DNA of 40,389 nt. Origin: Deltaproteobacteria bacterium (lineage in GTDB: Bacteria > Desulfobacterota > Desulfobulbia > Desulfobulbales > SURF-16). Position 1 is the first letter of the stretch; every line of letters starts with the position of its first letter. Where the stretch lies: the NCBI GenBank assembly GCA_029939635.1, contig JAOZSN010000003.1, positions 1 to 40,389 of the forward strand, written 5' to 3'. Shown here in pieces: positions 17,420-25,730 of the stretch. The translations under genes were made by a program, and so were the position numbers. A model generated the notes under the pieces. That model was not told the DNA's origin. It searched no databases and saw only the letters and a list, made by a program, of their open reading frames with translations.

Positions 17420-17713
17420 CTAGGGATTCTCGATCATTTCTCGTGCCTCGTCGGCAGTAATACCTGCAAGGCTCAGCTGCTTATGGCGGCTATGTTGGCC
17501 GCGAATCAGGGTAATGGTGCTTTTGGATAGGCCAAAGAATTTGGCCAAGAAGGCGATGATGGCTTTGTTTGCCTTGCCATCTACTGGTGGCGCAGTGGTA
17601 GCCACCTTGAGTTCCTCGCCATGGAGACCAACGATTTTGTTTTTTGAGGCTTTTGGTTGGACATAGATGTTGAGCAGGCACTGCCCATTCCTGTCAGTGC
17701 CCAAATATTCCAT
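17420..17713 (-). CDS. DUF167 (YggU) family protein
   Basis: 97 aa. The segment YVQPKASKNKIVG...LKVATTAPPVDGKANKAIIAFLAKFFGLSKSTITLIRG is the DUF167 signature. Confidence 0.85.
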   Translation of the reverse strand: MEYLGTDRNGQCLLNIYVQPKASKNKIVGLHGEELKVATTAPPVDGKANKAIIAFLAKFFGLSKSTITLIRGQHSRHKQLSLAGITADEAREMIENP

Positions 17714-17714
17714 T

Positions 17715-18581
17715 CTACTCTTCAGTTTTTTTTAGCGGTTCAATTACCACGGCAGGTTCTTCTGGTGGATCTAATGGGTCTTCCAGGGTGAAGAGCATGT
17801 CGTCATCAAGATCAGGAATGCTGGCCGGGTCTGGCAGCTGATCATCCCCCAGCAGGTTGGTGGCAAAGGAAAGGTCTGAAAGCTCTTCCGGGGCAGGGGT
17901 ACTCTCCTGCGTGTCCGCAGAAGACTGCTCCATGGGGTTTTCCACATTCTCCAGATTGAGGTCCCCTGCCAGGTCATCTGGCAGCTCAATTTTTTCATAC
18001 AGGTCAGTCAGGTCATCGTCACGGGCTTCAAATTCTGGAACTTCGTCTTGCTGTTCCTTGGCAGGTTCTAGCTCTAGCCCTGGCTCTGCTTGGGGGTCTT
18101 GGCCTGGTTCATGGATGGGTGCAGAGGTCATACTGGCCGTGGAGATCTCGTTCTCAAGATTGTCAATCTGGCTGGTCAGGAAGTCACGGAGCTCATCTTT
18201 TATTCTCGCTTTTTCCCCCTGCAAGGCGGTGATCTGCTCTTCTAGGTGTGCCACCTTGCTGTTAGCTTCGTCAACAATGGCCGTTGCCTGCTCCCGTGCT
18301 GAAGAAATGGCAACGTCAGCCTCTTCAGTTGCCTTCTTTTTCATCTCATCAGCAATGGTTTGCGCCGAGATGATGGCATTTTTGAAGGTGTCTTCCTGGG
18401 ATTGATTGGCGGCCTGTTGACCTTGCATCGCCTCCAGTTCTGCCTCCATTCTTTTATTTTCTTCTGCCAGAAGGGTGTAGTGTTCTGCCACCTTTTCCAG
18501 GAAGGCATCGACTTCATCAACGTCGAAACCACGAAAACGGACATGAAATTGTTGGGTCTGGATATTTTCAGCTGTGAGCAT
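17715..18581 (-). CDS. divIVA: DivIVA domain protein with an acidic C-terminal tail
   Basis: The N-terminus LTAENIQTQQFHVRFRGFDVDEVDAFLEKVAEHY is the DivIVA motif, followed by a coiled coil and a D/E/P-rich tail. Confidence 0.88.
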   Translation of the reverse strand: MLTAENIQTQQFHVRFRGFDVDEVDAFLEKVAEHYTLLAEENKRMEAELEAMQGQQAANQSQEDTFKNAIISAQTIADEMKKKATEEADVAISSAREQATAIVDEANSKVAHLEEQITALQGEKARIKDELRDFLTSQIDNLENEISTASMTSAPIHEPGQDPQAEPGLELEPAKEQQDEVPEFEARDDDLTDLYEKIELPDDLAGDLNLENVENPMEQSSADTQESTPAPEELSDLSFATNLLGDDQLPDPASIPDLDDDMLFTLEDPLDPPEEPAVVIEPLKKTEE

Positions 18582-18591
18582 GGTTCACTCC

Positions 18592-18894
18592 CTATTGAAA
18601 TGATGAGGCAATAACGTACATGGTTTGCACCAGAAAACTCTGGAGAAAAATAATGGCGAGCATGACCAGCATAGGCGAGAAATCTATGCCGCTACTATAG
18701 GTAAAGGGTAAGGCCTTGCGGACCCGGTAGAGTACTGGTTCTGTAACCGAATTGAGGAATTTAACAATGGGGTTATATGGGTCAGGATTCACCCAAGAGA
18801 TAAGGGCTCTGCCCACCAGGATGATCATGTAAGCGTTGAGGATAAAATCAACCAGTTTGGCCAAAGATACGAGAAATATTCCAATTATTTGCAT
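18592..18894 (-). CDS. yggT: YggT family membrane protein
   Basis: 100 aa with two TM segments and LVGRALISWVNPDPYNPIVKFLNSVTEPVL, typical of YggT/Ycf19. Confidence 0.88.
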   Translation of the reverse strand: MQIIGIFLVSLAKLVDFILNAYMIILVGRALISWVNPDPYNPIVKFLNSVTEPVLYRVRKALPFTYSSGIDFSPMLVMLAIIFLQSFLVQTMYVIASSFQ

Positions 18895-19640
18895 GATTTT
18901 TCTATCTGTTCAGCTAGTGTTCTTACAGCCTTGCCGGCCCGGCAGTTGGGGGTCGTTACAAGGAATGGGCGTTGGCTGCGGATGGCTTTCACTACATTGC
19001 TATCTTGGGGGATTGGGCCGAGATAGCTTGGTTTTACCTCGATAAATTTTTCCATCACCGCTGCCAGGATGGTGAAGGTTTCCAAGGCCTCTTTTTTACT
19101 TTTAACATTGTTTACAACCAGTTGAAACTTCTTTTTGTCATAGTGATTGGCCATAACTTTCATCAGGGCATAGGCATCGGTGAGGGAGGTGGGGTCTGGG
19201 GTGAGGATGATAATGTTCTCCGTTGCCCATTGATTAAACCAGAGTACGGCATCACCAATGCCCGCTGCGGTGTCAATGAGCACCAGATCAAAATTACCGA
19301 TGATATCTCCAAGCACTGCGGTAAGGAAGGCCTGTTCCTCTTGGCTTAGTGCTGCCATTTCCGGTACTCCTGAACTGGCAGGGAGGACAAAGAACCTAGG
19401 ATCAACCTCCACCAGTAAATCCTGTGGGTCGCGTCCCTCTTCCACTGTTTCTTGTAGGGTATGGCTGACTTGCAGGCCCAGCAGCACGTCAACATTGCCA
19501 AGACCGAGATCTCCATCAATGAGCAGAATTTTTTGGCCGCGGTCAGACAGGGCAGTGGCGAGATTCACCGAAAAGGTGGTTTTGCCAACGCCGCCTTTCC
19601 CGCTGCTGATGGATATGATGGGAGGTATCTGTTGTGTCAT
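18885..19640 (-). CDS. MinD/ParA-family P-loop ATPase (FlhG/MinD-like)
   Basis: Deviant Walker A SGKGGVGKTT, then LLIDGDLGLGNVD and a Walker B-like LVLIDTAAG. It overlaps the yggT start by 10 nt. Confidence 0.88.
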   Translation of the reverse strand: MTQQIPPIISISSGKGGVGKTTFSVNLATALSDRGQKILLIDGDLGLGNVDVLLGLQVSHTLQETVEEGRDPQDLLVEVDPRFFVLPASSGVPEMAALSQEEQAFLTAVLGDIIGNFDLVLIDTAAGIGDAVLWFNQWATENIIILTPDPTSLTDAYALMKVMANHYDKKKFQLVVNNVKSKKEALETFTILAAVMEKFIEVKPSYLGPIPQDSNVVKAIRSQRPFLVTTPNCRAGKAVRTLAEQIEKSCK

Positions 19641-19642
19641 AA

Positions 19643-19930
19643 TTATTTGTTTAAGAAGGCAAAGAGTTGCGCCTTCTCCTCAGCTGTTACCTGGCAGTGG
19701 ACTGTTGCGTTTTGGGCTGCTGAGTCCGCTAAAACGGGGTTGGTATGGCCATTATTTTCACTGAGTTCTTGCAGGCACTGGCGCAGGAGGTGGAGCTTTT
19801 TACCTTGGCGTACCTCGCTGGCAAAGAGCACTATTCCCTGGCCTTCTGCAAATGCAGTGGTTTGGACATTAAACGATTCTGCCTGGGCCATGGTTTTTGA
19901 AAAAAAATGCAGGGTATCGGGAGTGCTCAT
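19643..19930 (-). CDS. Hypothetical 95-aa protein
   Basis: The ORF ends 2 nt before the MinD-like gene start on the same strand. I recognise no family. Confidence 0.5.
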   Translation of the reverse strand: MSTPDTLHFFSKTMAQAESFNVQTTAFAEGQGIVLFASEVRQGKKLHLLRQCLQELSENNGHTNPVLADSAAQNATVHCQVTAEEKAQLFAFLNK

Positions 19931-20120
19931 AACGCTCAGTTCAAGGGAGTAATAGGTTTGGAATCAGAATACTAAGACACTATAGCATAAAGCCTTTAAC
20001 AACTTGCCATTTTTTCACCATTATTCACTGGATATGGCTGTTTTCCAGGCTTGTTTAAATAGCTATTTTTTTTCTTGGGTTTTAGCCATCTCTCAACCTA
20101 TACTGTTTAGAGGTGTGCCT

Positions 20121-22160
20121 ATGCACATGTGGCTATCTATCTTGTGTCTCTATACTCTTGGAGTGGTGTTAATCAGGATGTCTTCTGCGTTACGGGGATT
20201 ATTTTATTTCATTGTGCTGCTGGTTGTGGTTAGTGGCTTCGTTTCTCCATGCCTGGCCGGAGGTAATGGTGATATTGACCACGTCTTTGATATGAGTTTT
20301 GCCGAGCTGATGGAGCTAGAGATTGTCACCACCAGTAAACAGCAGGAAAGTTTCTTGCGCACCCCGGCAGCAGTAGATGTGTTGACCGCAGAAGATATCC
20401 GTCTCCTCAATTTTAATACCCTGGAAGAGTGTCTCGAATATGTTACCGGCCTTTCCTCGATCAATGGTGAAGGAAATGTTTTCACCACCACCACCATCCG
20501 TGGCAATACCCTGGTCAATTATAACACCAACACCCTGCTGCTTTTTGATGGTATCCCCCTCTACAGTCCGTACCACGGCAGTTTTGATTTTAGTCTTATT
20601 CCTTTGGCTGCCATAGAGAGGGTAGAGATTGTCAAGGGGGCTAATTCTGTGCTCTACGGTTCCAACACCATTAGTGCTGTGATCAATGTTATCTCAAAAA
20701 AGAAGATTACTGATGAAAGGCACGCTGAGATGGTGATGCGGGTAGGCAGTCATGAAACATGGCATGGCCAGGTTGCCCTGCTCAGCCCTGAAGATGAACA
20801 TGGTTGGCAACTACGCCTCTTCAATGATGTTACCAAGACGGGTGGCGAGCCCATGACCATCCACGACGAGGCTGGCCATGGGCTTGATTTTAGCCAGGAT
20901 AAACAGCTGGGCACGGTAGTTATGAAGGCTGATTATCGTAGTTTAGCCCTGCATCTACAGTTTTTTGATCGTCAACTGCCTACCTACCGGACTCGCAATT
21001 TTAACTATGGGCAGGATAATCATGAACAGGCTGTGGTGGCGAATATTGATTTTCAGCAGCAATTTTCAGCTGCCACTACTCTGCGTCTGCGTAGCAATAT
21101 TTATGACTGGCAGCTCAGCAAGGATTATTTTCCCGCCTTTACCACTACCCCGGCCCCCTATTACTGGGATTATAGCGGCAGGCTTTGGTCAACCGATCTT
21201 GAAATGGTAGGTAACTGGCGCACCCACCGCTATACCGTGGGCAGTAATTATAACATCAGCAATGGTCGGCGTTATAAGAGCAATAGTGATAGCTATGATG
21301 TGGGTTTGTATAATGAAGAGACCAAGGAGTATTCCCTCTATCTGAACGGTAGCAGTGATCTCTCCCATGGGCTTGATCTGGTCTATGGTGGGCGCTACAC
21401 CAACTCTTCCTATTATTCTCCGGCAGTGGGAGAAAAGCAGGTCAATGAAAATTTTTCCTCCCGAGGTGGAGTGGTGTACAGCCCGCAGGAGGACACCTAT
21501 GTTAAATTGCTCTATGGTGAGTCTTTCCGGGTTCCTACCTATTTTGAGAAGGGGGTGGCAAGCCTCCATGTCCTTGGTAACCCGGCTCTGCGTCCGGAGG
21601 AATCTTCCTCATGGGATTTTATTGTTTCAACGCTGGTGTCCGAGGTGTATCTCAGTGTGGACTTTTTCCAGCTACAGATAGATGATAAGATTACCCGGGT
21701 TCCCATTGGCGGTGGTATTTACCAAAACCAGAATATTGGTAAGGTTTGTTTTCGAGGGGTGGAGGTGAGCAGTAAATTTCAGCTCTTTGATGATCTCTCC
21801 GGTTTTGCTGGCTACAGCTATAGTAAGGGTAAAAATCGTCAGAGTGGAGAAGCCCTGGAGTTTACCTATGAGCACATGCTCACTGGTGCCTTGAGGTGGC
21901 GTTGGCAAGAGGGCTTGGAGTCAACATTGTCAGGCAAATATCTCAGTGACTGGGGGGCTGCTGATTCCTATGTGCTGGTCAATATGGGACTTAATTATCA
22001 GCCTGCCCACCTGGCCGGATTCACCTTTGAGCTCAAGGCAGATAATATTTTTGCTACAGCTATTGATCGGCCCGAGATTGGCCGGGCCAGCAACGCTGTG
22101 CCCACCATCCCATTAACTAGAGATCCCTGGTTGTATATGGGGGTACGGTGGCAATTATGA
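20121..22160 (+). CDS. TonB-dependent outer-membrane receptor
   Basis: Has a signal peptide and a plug domain (EIVTTSKQQESFLRTPAAVDVLTAEDI, IERVEIVKGANSVLYGSN), then a long beta-barrel with an aromatic-rich C-terminus. I prefer the start at ATG 20121 (GAGG RBS) over TTG 20004. Confidence 0.88.
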   Translation: MHMWLSILCLYTLGVVLIRMSSALRGLFYFIVLLVVVSGFVSPCLAGGNGDIDHVFDMSFAELMELEIVTTSKQQESFLRTPAAVDVLTAEDIRLLNFNTLEECLEYVTGLSSINGEGNVFTTTTIRGNTLVNYNTNTLLLFDGIPLYSPYHGSFDFSLIPLAAIERVEIVKGANSVLYGSNTISAVINVISKKKITDERHAEMVMRVGSHETWHGQVALLSPEDEHGWQLRLFNDVTKTGGEPMTIHDEAGHGLDFSQDKQLGTVVMKADYRSLALHLQFFDRQLPTYRTRNFNYGQDNHEQAVVANIDFQQQFSAATTLRLRSNIYDWQLSKDYFPAFTTTPAPYYWDYSGRLWSTDLEMVGNWRTHRYTVGSNYNISNGRRYKSNSDSYDVGLYNEETKEYSLYLNGSSDLSHGLDLVYGGRYTNSSYYSPAVGEKQVNENFSSRGGVVYSPQEDTYVKLLYGESFRVPTYFEKGVASLHVLGNPALRPEESSSWDFIVSTLVSEVYLSVDFFQLQIDDKITRVPIGGGIYQNQNIGKVCFRGVEVSSKFQLFDDLSGFAGYSYSKGKNRQSGEALEFTYEHMLTGALRWRWQEGLESTLSGKYLSDWGAADSYVLVNMGLNYQPAHLAGFTFELKADNIFATAIDRPEIGRASNAVPTIPLTRDPWLYMGVRWQL

Positions 22161-22178
22161 TCTGTTTTAAGGAGTATT

Positions 22179-24743
22179 ATGAAGAGTAAATGGACCGTTA
22201 TAGCTGCCCTCATGTTGCTCCTGGGCGTCAGTGCCATAGCCTTTGTTCTCTTTTTTGTCAGCAAGAGTCAACAGGGGCTGGAACGTTCCATCAATACCCA
22301 GGTTCGCGACACCAGAATTTTTATAGAAAGCCTTGAGGATCAGCTTGGTAATAGTTATCGCCGGCGAATTAAAGGGCTTCTTGATTACCGTACTGCGAAA
22401 ACTAAGGAGAAGGTTCTTCGATCTTTTGAGGAGCAGGACAGGGCTACTCTGCTGCGTTTATGCACGCCATTTTTACAACTCTTTCAAAACGAAAATTCTG
22501 GTTTTGCTACTTTTAGCTGGGTGCTACCTGATAACGAGGCTTTTCTGTTGGTGCATAACCCCAAGAAATTTGGTTTTGATGTCACGCCAATGCGGCCAGA
22601 TGTTGTAGAAGCTAACAGATCCATGCGGCAAATATCAAGCTATACGGTGTCTCCCGGTGGTCTGCATTTAAGCATTGTCCAGCCAGTGTTGTACGAGCAA
22701 CGACACCTTGGTGTTGTCCAGTTTGGGGTGCGGTATACATTTATTCTTGATGCCTTGCTGGAAAATACGAATCTGCTCGCGGCCATTGTTGTTGATGCTG
22801 ATCGGTTAAGTATTGTCAAAAAGGAGAAAAAACCAGCCATCATGGCGAATGATTATGCCATCCACACCCTGGATGAAGAGTTCTTCCGCGCCAGCAAGGA
22901 TAAGGTTGACTGGGGGCGTGATTGGCAGCGTGTCTCCATAGATGAGCGGCAGTATGTCTTTGTTAAGGCTAGGGCTTTGGCTGATTACCAGGGCCGCCCT
23001 GTGGCCCAGATTTTTGTGGCTCTGGATATCTCTGAGCAATCAGCGGCCTTGAGACGAGATATCCTCCTCATAGTGCTCCTTGCTGTGGCAGTGTTGATCA
23101 GCTCCTTGCTTATCCTCTATTTTGGCTATACCCCTCTCTTTACCCGGCTTATGGATGTGCAGTTGGTTGAGCATCTCAATGAGGAGTTGGAGGAGCGGGT
23201 GGCCCAGCGTACAGCAGCCCTTGAGGCCAGTGAAGATCGCTATCGTAGCATGTTTACCAATACCCATACCATTATGTATGTCATTGACCCTGTGACCGGC
23301 AGGATTATTGACGCCAACCCTGCCGCCAGTGGTTATTACGGTTACAGCCATGCTGAGCTGCTGACAATGAATATTGGCGATATAAATACGCTCTCAAAAG
23401 AAGAAATAGCAATAGAGGTGGAGCGTGCCAAAAATGAAGAGCGCAGCCATTTTAACTTTAGGCATCGCTTGGTTGATGGCACGGTGACGGATGTAGAGGC
23501 GTTCAGCGGTCCCATTATTCGAGATGGCAAGCAGCTGCTCTTTTCCATCATCCATGATGTGACCGAGAAGAAACGCATGGAGGATGAGCTGCTGCAGTCG
23601 CGGAAGATGGAGGCCATGGGTACCCTGGCTGGTGGTATTGCCCATGATTTCAATAATATTCTCACCGCCATTATCGGCTATGCTGAGCTGGTCAGGGATG
23701 AACTTGGCCCAGAGAGCCAGGAGAGGCATGATATTGAGCAGGTTCTTATTGGTGGTAAACGGGCTGCGTCTTTGGTTGCCCAGATTCTCACCTTCAGCCG
23801 TAAGTCTGACCATCGTCACCAGGTGATTAAGCCGCAGCAGGTGGTGGAGGAGGCCATGGAGATGATACGGGCATCATTGCCATCCACCATTGAAATGGTC
23901 ACCGAGATTGATGAGGCGTGTCCACAAATTTTAGCTGACCCCACCAATCTGCATCAGATTATTGTCAATCTCTGCACCAATGGCGCTCATGCCATGGTAG
24001 GTGATAAGGGACGTTTAGTTGTAAAGTTGGGCCAACGGCAGATTGGTGTTGCCGAGCTGCAAGGTATACGGAATGTGGAGCCAGGTCACTTTGTGGTGCT
24101 CTCTGTCAACGATAATGGTGCCGGGATGGATAGCCAGACCAAGGCACGCATCTTTGAGCCATATTTTACCACCAAGGAATTGCACAAGGGCAGTGGGCTT
24201 GGGTTGGCGGTTGTGCATGGGATCGTGAGTGCCTGTGCTGGTTTTATCACGGTGGATAGTGCCTTGGGCAAGGGTACCACTGTGGCTGTTCATCTGCCTG
24301 TGGTTATGGCGGGCGCAGAGGATAGCCCGCAGGACGACGTTGCCCTGGCAGTGCCCCATGGGGTGGAACATCTCTTGGTGGTGGATGATGAGGCTGTTAT
24401 CCTGGAGTTGCATACCATTATTCTGACAAAGTTGGGCTACAGGGTGACCGCCTGTTCCACGCCCCAGCAGGCCTTGGCTGAGATCAAGGCAGACCAGCAT
24501 GATTTTGACCTGTTGCTGACTGACCAGACCATGCCAGAAATGACCGGTATGGAATTGGCCCATGAGGTGATGAAGATCAGGGCGGATTTGCCCATTATTT
24601 TATGTACTGGTTATTCCTTTCACCTCTCAGAGCAAGAGGCCTTGGCCTTGGGTATCAGAAAATTTATCCAGAAACCACTGGAGCATAAAGACATGGCCCT
24701 GGCGGTGCGGGAGGTGCTGGATGGGATGAATAACGAACCGTAG
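22179..24743 (+). CDS. Hybrid sensor histidine kinase HK1 (periplasmic sensor, PAS, HisKA, HATPase, REC)
   Basis: Two TM segments flank a sensor domain of about 260 aa. It also has a PAS domain, the H-box AGGIAHDFNNILTAIIGYAEL, N/G boxes (DNGAGM, GSGLGLAVVHG) and a C-terminal receiver (LLVVDDE...LLLTDQTMPEMTG). Confidence 0.92.
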   Translation: MKSKWTVIAALMLLLGVSAIAFVLFFVSKSQQGLERSINTQVRDTRIFIESLEDQLGNSYRRRIKGLLDYRTAKTKEKVLRSFEEQDRATLLRLCTPFLQLFQNENSGFATFSWVLPDNEAFLLVHNPKKFGFDVTPMRPDVVEANRSMRQISSYTVSPGGLHLSIVQPVLYEQRHLGVVQFGVRYTFILDALLENTNLLAAIVVDADRLSIVKKEKKPAIMANDYAIHTLDEEFFRASKDKVDWGRDWQRVSIDERQYVFVKARALADYQGRPVAQIFVALDISEQSAALRRDILLIVLLAVAVLISSLLILYFGYTPLFTRLMDVQLVEHLNEELEERVAQRTAALEASEDRYRSMFTNTHTIMYVIDPVTGRIIDANPAASGYYGYSHAELLTMNIGDINTLSKEEIAIEVERAKNEERSHFNFRHRLVDGTVTDVEAFSGPIIRDGKQLLFSIIHDVTEKKRMEDELLQSRKMEAMGTLAGGIAHDFNNILTAIIGYAELVRDELGPESQERHDIEQVLIGGKRAASLVAQILTFSRKSDHRHQVIKPQQVVEEAMEMIRASLPSTIEMVTEIDEACPQILADPTNLHQIIVNLCTNGAHAMVGDKGRLVVKLGQRQIGVAELQGIRNVEPGHFVVLSVNDNGAGMDSQTKARIFEPYFTTKELHKGSGLGLAVVHGIVSACAGFITVDSALGKGTTVAVHLPVVMAGAEDSPQDDVALAVPHGVEHLLVVDDEAVILELHTIILTKLGYRVTACSTPQQALAEIKADQHDFDLLLTDQTMPEMTGMELAHEVMKIRADLPIILCTGYSFHLSEQEALALGIRKFIQKPLEHKDMALAVREVLDGMNNEP

Positions 24744-24830
24744 AATATCAAACAAGGAATTTCGAATTTAGAAGGATGATATTCCGGAGTCTCGCAGGCT
24801 CGCTTACTTGCGGTTCGCTGTTTAGCCGCT
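24743..24830. repeat. Degenerate or partial copy (G) of the F-subtype inverted-repeat element
   Basis: GAATATCAAACAAGGAATTTCGAATTTAGAAGGATGAT parallels copy F GAATATCGAGGTCACAAGAAATGTCGAATGATCAAGGGTGGATGAT. The downstream TGCGGTTCGCTGTTTAG parallels F TGCGGTTCGTTTGTTTTA. It begins within the HK1 stop codon. Confidence 0.4.
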
Positions 24831-24871
24831 GGTTGGTGTTGATTTTTTTGAACCTGAAAACAGGAGACAGA

Positions 24872-25708
24872 ATGAAAAAAGATAAAATAGCATATATCTT
24901 GTTGGTGGTTGCGTTGGTGTTGTTGCCATTTTCTTCACTGGCAGCAGATAAAGCCCTGCGTTTTGGGGTCTTTCCCTATAAAAGTCCCAAGGAGATGATG
25001 AAGCTCTTTCTGCCTATTGCCAGGCAGCTGGAGGAGGCCATTGGTCGGCCGGTTCACCTTGTCACAACTCCTAATGCCGTCACCTTTAATCAGCGTGCCA
25101 TTGCCGGTGACTACGATCTTATCTGGGCCTGTAATACCTGCTATCTGCAGATCCATGCCAAGGCAGGCTATGAGGTGGTGGCCCGTGGCTATCCCTCCTT
25201 TCAGGGTGGAGTTATTGTCAGAAAGGATAGCCATCTCAGCGAACTGTCCCAGCTCCAGGGCAAGAAGATTGCGGCCATAGGTAAAGGCTCCTATGCCGGC
25301 TATCAGTTTTTTGCAAACAGTATGGAGGTGCTGGGGTACACCATGCCTGGGGCAGTTAAGGTGAGCTTTTTGCGTAAGCTTGACTCCATTGTTTTCAGCG
25401 TGGTGGGGCGGCAATATGATGCTGGTATCATTCGTCTTGATGCCCTGGCTAGTCACCGTTTTGCCCGGGTACGCGATCAGCTCACCGTCATCCACACCTC
25501 CACAGTCATTCCTCAGTTCCCCTTTGCCGTTAATCCTGGCACCGATCAGGAGTTGATTGCCCAGATCATTGAAGTGTTGACCGGCATCAATAATAGCACC
25601 CCCCAAGGCAAGGATATTCTGCAAAAGTTGAAGATTAAGGGGATAGAGACGTGTATGGATCATGACTATGATGGTTTTCGTACGGTATTTCCCGGTGCCC
25701 ACTGGTAA
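24872..25708 (+). CDS. PhnD-family periplasmic substrate-binding protein (orphan; no ABC permease or ATPase nearby)
   Basis: Signal peptide, then ALRFGVFPYKSPKEMMKLFLPIARQLEEAIGRPVHLV, typical of phosphonate/phosphite-type SBPs. The start is at ATG 24872 (GGAG RBS). Confidence 0.82.
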   Translation: MKKDKIAYILLVVALVLLPFSSLAADKALRFGVFPYKSPKEMMKLFLPIARQLEEAIGRPVHLVTTPNAVTFNQRAIAGDYDLIWACNTCYLQIHAKAGYEVVARGYPSFQGGVIVRKDSHLSELSQLQGKKIAAIGKGSYAGYQFFANSMEVLGYTMPGAVKVSFLRKLDSIVFSVVGRQYDAGIIRLDALASHRFARVRDQLTVIHTSTVIPQFPFAVNPGTDQELIAQIIEVLTGINNSTPQGKDILQKLKIKGIETCMDHDYDGFRTVFPGAHW

Positions 25709-25730
25709 TTAAAAGAGGAGTAGGACGAAT

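Noticed and set aside
19931-20120. Cobalamin riboswitch or Fur box upstream of the TonB-dependent receptor
   Set aside because: I found no B12-box-like sequence and no 19-bp GATAATGATAATCATTATC-like palindrome by eye. Only generic AT-rich sequence is present.
24935-25702. 255-aa ORF antisense to the PhnD-like gene. Similar long antisense ORFs lie at 33163-33942, 24015-24563, 17857-18405, 12182-12649, 8852-9277 and 6046-6498.
   Set aside because: Each lies entirely within, and opposite to, a gene with clear family signatures. Their translations are low-complexity or lack any recognisable motif. They are typical shadow ORFs.
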